A DNA stretch of 64,000 nucleotides from contig CAZPWF010000002.1 in the NCBI GenBank assembly GCA_964590725.1, positions 38,846 through 102,845 on the forward strand. Reading direction: 5' to 3'. This document shows positions 28,835 through 37,100 of the stretch, one piece after another; within the stretch, counting starts at the first letter, position 1, and each line of letters starts with the position of its first letter. The notes under the pieces are model-generated. The model saw only the letters and a program-made list of their open reading frames with translations, had not been told where the DNA came from and ran no database searches. A program made the translations under genes and the position numbers. Source of the DNA: an uncultured Candidatus Saccharibacteria bacterium. Its GTDB lineage: Bacteria; Patescibacteriota; Saccharimonadia; Saccharimonadales; JACQNP01.

Positions 28835-29803
28835 ATGAATAAAATAAAAGGTCTTGGAACCTTAAGCTTCATTGTTGCAGCCATTGTATCAATTATCTTA
28901 GTTATTTCGCAGCGTCAAGCAATTTATGACTGGGCGAGACTACGAAATTATGTGCCACCTGCAGAAATTACTGCCCTTGCTAACACGACTACTATGAATG
29001 ACACCGGCAAGCATTTGTTCTATGTAAATCGGCCAGCACTTCAGAACAAACAAACTTTCAACCAAAGCTGCACCGACAGTGAACAAAGTATAGTACTTGG
29101 CTGCTATGTGCAAAATCGCGGGATCTATCTATATGATGTTACAGATGAGCGACTGAAGGGAGTAGAGGAGGTAACTGCTGCGCATGAAATGCTTCATGCC
29201 GCATACGATAGATTGTCAGATAGCGAACGAATGCGCATAGATCAACTAACCAAGCAAGTCTATGAATCGACACCTAATGAACGCATCAAGAAGACAGTAA
29301 AGGCTTATGACGAAAAGGATTCAAGTGTGGTCCCTAATGAGCTTCATTCAATTATTGGTACAGAAATACGAGAAATACCCAAAGAGCTTGAGCAGTACTA
29401 TAAAAAATACTTTAATAATCGATTAGCTATCGTTTCTCTTTCAGAAAACTATGAGAAGGAGTTTGAAAAGCGAGAAACACTTGCATCGCAGTATAAACAG
29501 CAACTTGAATCTCTGCGGGCAAGGGTAGATAGTTCAAACAAAGATTTAGCGATAAGAGCAGACCAGTTATCAAGCGAGTTCAAGCAACTAGAGAGATCGA
29601 GGAGCACCCAGGATGCGAGTCAGTTTAATGTCGCGGCGCGTTCTTATAATCTAAAAGTTTCTACATATAATGCTGATGTTGAAACAGTATCTAAACTTAT
29701 TGATGAACATAACACCATCCTTGAAAGTTATAATTCTGTTGTTTTAGAAGAGAATGAGTTATTAAAAGCTATCGATAGTCGTCCGGCTACTATCAATAAG
29801 TAG
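28835..29803 (+). CDS. Membrane-anchored HExxH-motif protein with coiled-coil C-terminal half
   Basis: N-terminal TM helix (LSFIVAAIVSIILVI) and HEMLH at 29183-29197. The C-terminal ~130 aa look heptad-like (QYKQQLESLRARVDSSNKDL...). Confidence 0.5.
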   Translation: MNKIKGLGTLSFIVAAIVSIILVISQRQAIYDWARLRNYVPPAEITALANTTTMNDTGKHLFYVNRPALQNKQTFNQSCTDSEQSIVLGCYVQNRGIYLYDVTDERLKGVEEVTAAHEMLHAAYDRLSDSERMRIDQLTKQVYESTPNERIKKTVKAYDEKDSSVVPNELHSIIGTEIREIPKELEQYYKKYFNNRLAIVSLSENYEKEFEKRETLASQYKQQLESLRARVDSSNKDLAIRADQLSSEFKQLERSRSTQDASQFNVAARSYNLKVSTYNADVETVSKLIDEHNTILESYNSVVLEENELLKAIDSRPATINK

Positions 29804-29808
29804 TAATC

Positions 29809-29817
29809 TGCTACACT
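29809..29817 (+). promoter_or_regulatory. -10 box TGCTACACT, 7 nt upstream of the radA ATG
   Basis: TGCTACACT at 29809-29817 and ATG at 29825. Confidence 0.4.
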
Positions 29818-29824
29818 GTTAGCT

Positions 29825-31174
29825 ATGGCGAAGAAAGATGTCGTGGAGTATGTTTGCTCTTCTTGTGGAGCTTCAGCTAATACCTGGAGTGGTAAGTGTT
29901 ATAACTGTGGCGAATGGAATACTTTAGAAGAACATATAACGGCCACTCAAGTCGGTAACGTGATTCGAAAAGGCAAGTCGCTGAATGTTACAACTGTTTC
30001 TCGATCAACTCAAAAAGATCACAGACGCCTGCAAACAGGCATAAAAGAATTTGATACTGTCATGGGTGGAGGCGTTGTTTCGGGTAGCGTTAATCTGATT
30101 GCCGGGCAACCAGGTATTGGTAAAAGTACACTACTCCTGCAATTGGCCTATGCTCTTGCTGACACAGCAACTGTACTTTATGTTAGTGGAGAAGAGTCGG
30201 TGCATCAAATTGGATTGCGGGCAAAAAGACTCGGTGCCGAGCACCCCAAGTTAGAGATTGCAGTAAGTACTAGTGCAGATGATATAGCCGCGACAATAGC
30301 TAACGGTCGGCACCAATTAGTTGTGATTGATTCTATTCAGACTTTAATGTGCAATGCGATCAGCTCTGCAGCCGGTTCGGTGAGTCAGATCACAAATAGC
30401 ACACAGCTTGTTACAGCAGCCGCAAAACAATCTGACACAGCACTATTGATTGTGGGACATGTCACAAAAGAAGGTTCGATAGCTGGTCCAAAGGTACTTG
30501 AGCATGTCGTTGACGTGGTTCTTAACCTAGAAGGAGATAGATATGGCGGTTTTAAAGTACTCAGAGCCATTAAGAATAGGTATGGCTCGACTAACGAAGT
30601 TGGAATTTTTGAAATGACTGATAAAGGTCTTAAAGCGGTTGAAAATCCTTCTGCTGCGCTTTTGGCAGAAAGGCAAATATCTGACGGATCAATTGTGCTT
30701 GCAAGCATAGAAGGTACGCGCCCGTTGCTAGTTGAAGTGCAAGCGCTTGTTAATAAAACTAGTTACGGGTATCCAAAGCGAGCCGCTAGTGGCATCGATC
30801 TTAACCGGCTCAACTTGCTAGTTGCAATGCTTGAAAAGCGCACAAAACTCAATCTTCAGGACCAAGACATATACATAAATATAGTTGGCGGGATGAAGCT
30901 ATCAGAACCGGCTGCAGATTTGGCTGTATGTATGGCTATCGCATCTGCATCTAAGGGTTTGCAGCTAAAAAAGAATGTGGTTGTTTTTGGCGAGGTAGGC
31001 TTGTCGGGAGAGATTCGACACGTTCCACATATCGATAAACGCGTTGTCGAAGCTAAAAAGTTGGGCTTCGATGGTGCGGTTGGTCCAATGATTCGTTCTG
31101 GAAAAAAGTTAGCTAGCTACAGCGAGGTTAAAGATATACGTTCAGCTCTAAACACTTTATTGGAGAAGGACTAG
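29825..31174 (+). CDS. radA: DNA repair protein RadA/Sms
   Basis: N-terminal zinc ribbon CSSCG...CYNCGEW, Walker A GQPGIGKST, the KNRYG motif and a Lon-like C-terminal domain. Confidence 0.93.
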   Translation: MAKKDVVEYVCSSCGASANTWSGKCYNCGEWNTLEEHITATQVGNVIRKGKSLNVTTVSRSTQKDHRRLQTGIKEFDTVMGGGVVSGSVNLIAGQPGIGKSTLLLQLAYALADTATVLYVSGEESVHQIGLRAKRLGAEHPKLEIAVSTSADDIAATIANGRHQLVVIDSIQTLMCNAISSAAGSVSQITNSTQLVTAAAKQSDTALLIVGHVTKEGSIAGPKVLEHVVDVVLNLEGDRYGGFKVLRAIKNRYGSTNEVGIFEMTDKGLKAVENPSAALLAERQISDGSIVLASIEGTRPLLVEVQALVNKTSYGYPKRAASGIDLNRLNLLVAMLEKRTKLNLQDQDIYINIVGGMKLSEPAADLAVCMAIASASKGLQLKKNVVVFGEVGLSGEIRHVPHIDKRVVEAKKLGFDGAVGPMIRSGKKLASYSEVKDIRSALNTLLEKD

Positions 31175-31175
31175 T

Positions 31176-31856
31176 ATGTTTCAGATTGCTGTCATCACAT
31201 TACTATGTGTGATTATTGTTTTACAATTAAAAAAGAATAACCGAGCCCCCAGTTATAATCAAAAAGTAAGAAAAGTGGTGCTTGACAGTTGCGCCTTGAT
31301 TGACGGCAGAATAATTGATCTGGCTAATTCTGGTTTTGTTCCTAATAAGCTTGTAGTGCCAGAATTCATTCTCAAGGAGCTACAAATGCTCGCTGATGGA
31401 AGCGATAGCTATAAACGAGATCGTGCTCGTTATGGACTTGATGTAGTTAAAGAACTGCAAACAAGTGAGGACGTACAAGTCTCTATTTCTAGAGACTTAG
31501 TGTCCGACAAAAATAAAATCGATGACAAACTACTAGAATTATGTAAAAAGCTGGGTGCAGACTTATATACCACAGACTATAATCTTGAGAAATTAGCCGA
31601 TATCGAGAGCGTCAGGGTGCTAAATGTCAACGAGTTGGCTCAAAAGCTTAGGCCGACGGCATTACCAGGCGAATCAAAGTCTGTAAAAATTGTCCAAAAA
31701 GGCAGCAACCCTAAGCAAGGAGTAGGCTATATGGATGACGGGACAATGGTAGTTGTTGATGGTGCTGCTCGATCGTTAGGTAAAACTGTTCAGGTAGAAG
31801 TGACGCGTATTCATCAGACCGTTTCGGGTAAGATGCTGTTTGCTAACAAGAAATAG
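31176..31856 (+). CDS. PIN/TRAM-domain protein (YacL-like)
   Basis: N-terminal TM helix, PIN-like core (VVLDSCALIDGRI) and a C-terminal TRAM-like beta region (VQVEVTRIHQTVSGKMLFA). It follows radA as yacL does in Firmicutes. Confidence 0.75.
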   Translation: MFQIAVITLLCVIIVLQLKKNNRAPSYNQKVRKVVLDSCALIDGRIIDLANSGFVPNKLVVPEFILKELQMLADGSDSYKRDRARYGLDVVKELQTSEDVQVSISRDLVSDKNKIDDKLLELCKKLGADLYTTDYNLEKLADIESVRVLNVNELAQKLRPTALPGESKSVKIVQKGSNPKQGVGYMDDGTMVVVDGAARSLGKTVQVEVTRIHQTVSGKMLFANKK

Positions 31857-31898
31857 CGGTCGCGGCAACTCGAGACTACCAGCACTACACTTAATACA

Positions 31899-34800
31899 TT
31901 ATTTATTTACAGTGACTGATTTGGAACTACCCTTTGAATCTGTGACGGTAATTGTGCCAGCAGCACCAGTAACAGTCACCTCACAGGACCTGTCGGATGT
32001 TGTGGGGGTGCAGCCAACTATAATCCCTGTTCCGGTCACAGTGAAAGGAGCCGTTCCTCCGGACCATTCGACAGTAAATGGACCAGCCCCGACTGTGTCG
32101 CCTGAACCAGGGCTAGTAATGGATACGGGCGTATCAGTGGCGCCACCACCCGCGGAGAACTCAATGCCTGTTGAAGTGCTAGCGTCGTATAGAACGCTGT
32201 CGATCACTTCAACGGTAACCGATTTGCCACCTGTGCCGCTATAAGTAAAGTTAAGGGTTTGTGAACCATTTGCTGCTGGGAACGATTGAACAACCTGTCC
32301 GTCGATGATTACGTTGATGGTACCGCCATTACTGCCGCCTGCAATCGCATGTGTTCCTTGCGTAACCGTTACAATTATAGAACACGAACTCGTACAGGTT
32401 GCTGGGCTGCTACTAACCAGTATGTCGGGTTTGGCATCTCCACACTTATGTATGTCATCTTTTTCAGAAGTATTCGCTCCTGCGCCTTGACCTACGAACT
32501 TATCACTAGAGAAACTATTAGCGTCTTCAAATATTTCTTTCTTTGCCCGTGCTGGAGTACATTCTGTAGCGAGTTTGTTTGACACTATGTCGATTGTCTT
32601 TTTCTCGCCCTTTTTCTTCTCTTGTTTTTTATACCAAGATGGGAATAAGTCTGTTGCTGGGCTTGGCTCTCTAGATCCTAGCCCTACGTGTTGTCTGACA
32701 ACATATGCCGGCAGTGTTTGTACGCCGCTAGGTTTTTCTCGCTTGACTGGTTGAATATCATCATGTGCAGCATCCATCCAGCCTTGCCAGATTGGTTGAG
32801 TCATAGTTTCCATGAATGACCGGGTAGCCACTTGTCTAGTGTGATGACCGACCCAGACACCGGCTGCATATTTGGTTGAAAAGCCCATTAACCAACCATC
32901 TTTAGAGTCGTTAGTCGTTCCAGTCTTTAGACTGAAGTCCCAGCCCTTATAACGATGTGGTTTGTTCGTGAAGTAGCTCGCATTGGGGTCTGCCATCATG
33001 TCAGCTACGATATAAGCAGAGTCGGGACGAACTACTTGCTCTGGTTTCGGAAGATTTAGTTCAATATTCTTACTTGAAGCATCTTCTATTTTAATAATGT
33101 AGGTTTGAGGAAGCTTATTACCATTTCGGGATATAGTACTATATGCGTTTACATGCTCATCTAAGTAGAGATAAGCACCGTCACCAATTGCAGAACTTGA
33201 ATAACATTGGGCTTCTTCGCTCTCTGTGGCAAAGTTAACGTCCTGTATTCCGGGTTGGTAACATTTATATTTATTTGTCAGGCCAAGTTTATTGGCTGTG
33301 TCTATAGTTTTATCAACACCTGCTGTTACCATTGATTTTACTGCTGGAACATTTCTAGACCCGCCTAAGGCATAACGAAGGGTCATTGGTCCTGGATATC
33401 TAAAGTCGTAGTCCCAAAGACAGTTTCCGCCTTGCTTAGCCTTAGGGTTGGTTTTATTCGTACAAGGGTATCCGTCGACTGGTCCTTGAGTGTCATACAG
33501 AACCGAACCGGCACCAGAATTGTCAGTATGCTCTATAACTGAAAGATAATCGTACGGCTTGAAACTGGACCCTGGAGGAAGTCTCCAGTGGGCATAATTA
33601 TTTTCGCCGAATTCTTTGTTATAGAAATCTATCCCACCAACTATAGCGACCATTTGGCCGTTTGTTACATCTTCGGCTGCGAAGGCGACGTTATCGAACC
33701 CGGCTCGTGTAACATTACGATAGCCCTTTTGTACCTGTTGTTCAGCTAGGTCCTGAAGCTTCATATCGAGTGAAGTCGTAATTTTCCAGCCACCACGGTT
33801 TACGGTATCTTTGGTGAACTTTTCTTCTAGTTGGCTCTTAGCAAGAAGTACAAAGTATGGCGCACGCATTCCTTCGTATTTTGGCTTAACCTGTTTAACC
33901 TTAGCGATAGTATCAACTTTCTTGGCCTCATCGCGTTGCTGAGCAGTTATCATGCCTTGTTGCTCCATAAGATCAAGCGTGTAGTGCTGTCGCCCAACTA
34001 AAGCCTCAGGGTTATAGCGAGGCCCGTATGGTGAGTAGAATGACGGTGATTTTGGAATTGATGCTAGGAATGCCGCTTCGTCTAGCGTAAGGTCCTTTGC
34101 TGACTTTTGGAAATAATCACGAGTTGCTGTTTCTACTCCGTATTGCACGTTTCCATAAGGCGCAGAATTAAGGTATCCTGCCAAGATTTCTTTTTTGGTA
34201 TAGCTTCGTTCAAGCTCAATAGACAGGATTAACTCTTTTAGTTTTCGCTGGTAGGTCTGATCAGACCCGACTCCTTTTTGGGTTAAACGAACAAGCTGCT
34301 GAGTTATGGTTGAGCCGCCTTGCTTTCCGCCTCCGCCACCCGTTACGTTATTTACAGCTGCTCGGCTAATACCTCGCACGTCAAAACCTCCGTGTTTAAA
34401 GAAGTCTTTATCTTCAACTGCAACGGTTGCGTCTTTGACGTATTGGGAAATCTCTTCATTCTTAACAGGAACGCGTTTAACAGCATCGAAATCTTCCCAT
34501 AACAATACTTGTCCGGTTCGATCATAATAACGATTGCTACCTCCTAGGTTATTGCCCGAGATGTCTTTTAAGTTAGGTAAATCTTTTCGGTAATAGGCGA
34601 ATAGTCCAATAAGTAACAAAAAACCGACAATAATACCGATGCCGATAATTTTAAGCGCCATGATGCCGCCTTCGCGGCTAAACCAGTATTTATATAGACG
34701 TTTTGGGTGTAAGCGAAAAAAGAATCGCTTGATACGAGATTTTGGCATGCCTGCAAGTCTAGCAGCTCTTCTTACTGCTCGGGCGTCTTTTCTGGCCTTC

Positions 34801-34928
34801 AATTTTTCGCCTATAGTTCGGTTGAGCTTAATAGTCTGACCACTCTTAGTAGTAAAAGTATTCTTCTTATTCCTGCCCAGCTGTTTATTTACACTGGCTG
34901 GTTTTCGGCCAGTAGTTTTCTTCTTCAT
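31899..34928 (-). CDS. Class A penicillin-binding protein (PBP1A-type) with Thr/Gly/Ser-rich C-terminal extension
   Basis: Glycosyltransferase motifs EDKDFFKHGGFD and GGSTITQQL. Transpeptidase motifs SSFKP, SRN and KTGTT. N-terminal TM anchor. Confidence 0.9.
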   Translation of the reverse strand: MKKKTTGRKPASVNKQLGRNKKNTFTTKSGQTIKLNRTIGEKLKARKDARAVRRAARLAGMPKSRIKRFFFRLHPKRLYKYWFSREGGIMALKIIGIGIIVGFLLLIGLFAYYRKDLPNLKDISGNNLGGSNRYYDRTGQVLLWEDFDAVKRVPVKNEEISQYVKDATVAVEDKDFFKHGGFDVRGISRAAVNNVTGGGGGKQGGSTITQQLVRLTQKGVGSDQTYQRKLKELILSIELERSYTKKEILAGYLNSAPYGNVQYGVETATRDYFQKSAKDLTLDEAAFLASIPKSPSFYSPYGPRYNPEALVGRQHYTLDLMEQQGMITAQQRDEAKKVDTIAKVKQVKPKYEGMRAPYFVLLAKSQLEEKFTKDTVNRGGWKITTSLDMKLQDLAEQQVQKGYRNVTRAGFDNVAFAAEDVTNGQMVAIVGGIDFYNKEFGENNYAHWRLPPGSSFKPYDYLSVIEHTDNSGAGSVLYDTQGPVDGYPCTNKTNPKAKQGGNCLWDYDFRYPGPMTLRYALGGSRNVPAVKSMVTAGVDKTIDTANKLGLTNKYKCYQPGIQDVNFATESEEAQCYSSSAIGDGAYLYLDEHVNAYSTISRNGNKLPQTYIIKIEDASSKNIELNLPKPEQVVRPDSAYIVADMMADPNASYFTNKPHRYKGWDFSLKTGTTNDSKDGWLMGFSTKYAAGVWVGHHTRQVATRSFMETMTQPIWQGWMDAAHDDIQPVKREKPSGVQTLPAYVVRQHVGLGSREPSPATDLFPSWYKKQEKKKGEKKTIDIVSNKLATECTPARAKKEIFEDANSFSSDKFVGQGAGANTSEKDDIHKCGDAKPDILVSSSPATCTSSCSIIVTVTQGTHAIAGGSNGGTINVIIDGQVVQSFPAANGSQTLNFTYSGTGGKSVTVEVIDSVLYDASTSTGIEFSAGGGATDTPVSITSPGSGDTVGAGPFTVEWSGGTAPFTVTGTGIIVGCTPTTSDRSCEVTVTGAAGTITVTDSKGSSKSVTVNK

Positions 34929-35032
34929 GTATTGTTCAAATCTCCGTTACCACACATTTGTTCTGATCCTTATTATAGCAAATATTACGCTTAAGCAATG
35001 ATAAAAATTAGTTACTGTCACCACAAGTAATA

Positions 35033-35038
35033 TATAAT
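35033..35038 (+). promoter_or_regulatory. -10 box TATAAT, 6 nt upstream of the tyrS ATG
   Basis: TATAAT at 35033-35038 and ATG at 35045. There is no room for a T-box or other leader. Confidence 0.45.
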
Positions 35039-35044
35039 ATTTGC

Positions 35045-36295
35045 ATGACGTTATCTGAAGAACTGACGTGGCGAGGCTTTGTAAACCAAACCACACTACA
35101 AGATATAACAATCCTAGATGAGAAAAAGCTGAAATTTTATTGGGGAGTTGATCCAAGTGCGGCATCAATGCAGATCGGTAATTTAGCTGCCGCAATGATG
35201 GCTCGTGTCTTTATTAAGCACGGTTACATGCCTGTATTACTGGTTGGTGGGGCTACTGGATTGATTGGCGATCCTGACGGCAAAGCACAAGAACGAGATC
35301 TGAAGTCTACTGACGAAGTCGAAAAGAATAAGAAATCGATCATAGAACAATATAAGCAAGTGTTTAAAGGTGCCAAATTTGATGTAGTTGATAATTATGA
35401 TTGGTTCAAGGGGCTAGGTTATCTCGATTTCTTGAGAGAAATAGGTAAACATGTGCCATTGCGCCAAATGTTATCAAGAGACTTTGTTCAAGCTAGGATA
35501 GGTGAGGGTGGCGCTGGAATTAGTTACGCGGAGTTTAGCTATTCACTAATACAGGGTTATGACTTTTTACACTTGTTTGAAGATAAGGGCGTAACCCTGC
35601 AGCTTAGTGGCGCTGATCAGTGGGGTAATAGTATTGCCGGCGTGGACCTTATTAGGCGTAAGACTGGTAAAGAAGCTCATGTTTGGACACTACCTCTTGT
35701 GGTTAACAAATCAACCGGTAAAAAATTTGGAAAAACTGAAGATGGGGCTGTTTGGCTCGATTCTGATTTGACGAGTGTGTACAAATTTTATCAATTTTGG
35801 CTTAATGCAGACGATGATGGTGTAGAGGATTATTTGAAAATATACACCGACTTAACCGCACCTGAAGTATTAAAAATAATGGAAGACTTTAATAAAGACC
35901 GTTCAGGTAGGATTGCTCAAAAAACACTTGCTCACGAGGTTACCAGGCTAGTTCATGGGGAGGATGCCGAAAGATCTGTTTCAAAAGTTACTGCAGTTTT
36001 GTTTGGCTCTCAAGAATATAACGAACTATCAGAATCTGATTTTGTTCTACTGAAACAAGATTTAACTTCAGTCATAGTTAGCTTGGAAAGTAACTACATA
36101 AATTCTTTAGTTGATGCTGGCTTAGCAGGATCTAATTCTGAAGCCAGAAGATTCATTGAACAAGGCGCAGTTTATGTTAATGGTAAACAAATAAAAATCG
36201 ACGATAAAATCAGTTTGACAGATTTTATAGACGGCAAACACAGTGTTATACGTCGTGGGAAAAATAGTAATGCCGTTTTGCAATTAGCAGACTGA
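35045..36295 (+). CDS. tyrS: Tyrosyl-tRNA synthetase (HIGH signature reads QIGN)
   Basis: LTWRGFVNQTT, LVGGATGLIGDP, GADQWGN, the KFGKT (KMSKS-equivalent) motif and a C-terminal S4-like domain. Confidence 0.92.
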   Translation: MTLSEELTWRGFVNQTTLQDITILDEKKLKFYWGVDPSAASMQIGNLAAAMMARVFIKHGYMPVLLVGGATGLIGDPDGKAQERDLKSTDEVEKNKKSIIEQYKQVFKGAKFDVVDNYDWFKGLGYLDFLREIGKHVPLRQMLSRDFVQARIGEGGAGISYAEFSYSLIQGYDFLHLFEDKGVTLQLSGADQWGNSIAGVDLIRRKTGKEAHVWTLPLVVNKSTGKKFGKTEDGAVWLDSDLTSVYKFYQFWLNADDDGVEDYLKIYTDLTAPEVLKIMEDFNKDRSGRIAQKTLAHEVTRLVHGEDAERSVSKVTAVLFGSQEYNELSESDFVLLKQDLTSVIVSLESNYINSLVDAGLAGSNSEARRFIEQGAVYVNGKQIKIDDKISLTDFIDGKHSVIRRGKNSNAVLQLAD

Positions 36296-36314
36296 GTGTA
36301 TACTACTCCAAGTT

Positions 36315-37082
36315 ATGAATAAGACATCAAAGAAAAAAGCAGACCAATACAACGACCCAAAGCATAATTATCTTGAATATTGGGATGGACGCGACTACGA
36401 ACATGAATCTGAAGAGTTAGCAATTACACGATTGCTAAATGGTAAGCATTTCCGTCATGCCGCCGATATTGGAGGTGGTTACGGTAGACTTTGTTTGCTG
36501 CTTGAGGAGTACGCCGATAAGGTGACGTTGGCGGAGCCATCACAACAACAGCTAGATATCGCAAAAGAATTCCTCAAAGAACACCCAGAAGTTGACAGGA
36601 AACTTACCCAGGCAGATGATCTTAACTTTACAGATGGAGAGTTAGATCTTATTACAATGATTCGTGTAATGCATCATTTACCAGATCCTAGCACCGAGTT
36701 CAAAGAGTTAGCACGTGTGCTTGCAGATGATGGTTATTTGATACTAGAAGTGGCAAATTATGCTCATGGCAGAAACCGAATTAAGCATATAATCAAAGGT
36801 AAAAAATTACCCGATGAGCCAGTAGACATACGTTCAGAGTCTCATAAGACTGATGATGAGATAGCGTTCGTAAACCATAATCCAAAAACGGTTATTAAGC
36901 AGCTGTCACATGCAGGGCTTAAGGTTGAAAAAGTATTATCAGTCTCTAATCTTCGCAGTCAGAAGTTGAAAAAAGTGATGCCACAGTCCGTAATGTTGAG
37001 TATCGAACGCCTTATGCAGCCCACTTTAGCTAAGGCATACTTTGGCCCTAGTGTGTTCTTTCTTATAAAAAAAGCCCAATAG
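36315..37082 (+). CDS. Class I SAM-dependent methyltransferase
   Basis: Motif I DIGGGYGRL, with downstream LDLITMIRVMHH and DGYLILEV. Confidence 0.7.
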   Translation: MNKTSKKKADQYNDPKHNYLEYWDGRDYEHESEELAITRLLNGKHFRHAADIGGGYGRLCLLLEEYADKVTLAEPSQQQLDIAKEFLKEHPEVDRKLTQADDLNFTDGELDLITMIRVMHHLPDPSTEFKELARVLADDGYLILEVANYAHGRNRIKHIIKGKKLPDEPVDIRSESHKTDDEIAFVNHNPKTVIKQLSHAGLKVEKVLSVSNLRSQKLKKVMPQSVMLSIERLMQPTLAKAYFGPSVFFLIKKAQ

Positions 37083-37086
37083 ACTT

Positions 37087-37092
37087 TATACT
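37087..37092 (+). promoter_or_regulatory. -10 box TATACT, 8 nt upstream of the recG ATG
   Basis: TATACT at 37087-37092 and ATG at 37101. Confidence 0.4.
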
Positions 37093-37100
37093 GTGTAGTA

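Noticed and set aside
31840-32244. A 134-aa plus-strand ORF overlapping the 3' end of the PBP gene.
   Set aside because: It is the antisense shadow of the GC-richer Thr/Gly/Val-repeat tail of the PBP. Its Pro/Val/Thr-rich translation simply mirrors those codons.
35000-35044. T-box or other riboswitch leaders upstream of tyrS and hisS (41348-41542).
   Set aside because: The best -10 boxes lie 6-7 nt upstream of the ATGs, which leaves no leader. The 195-nt region upstream of hisS contains only short hairpins (for example GCGTA-ACTA-TACGC) and has no specifier or T-box motifs.
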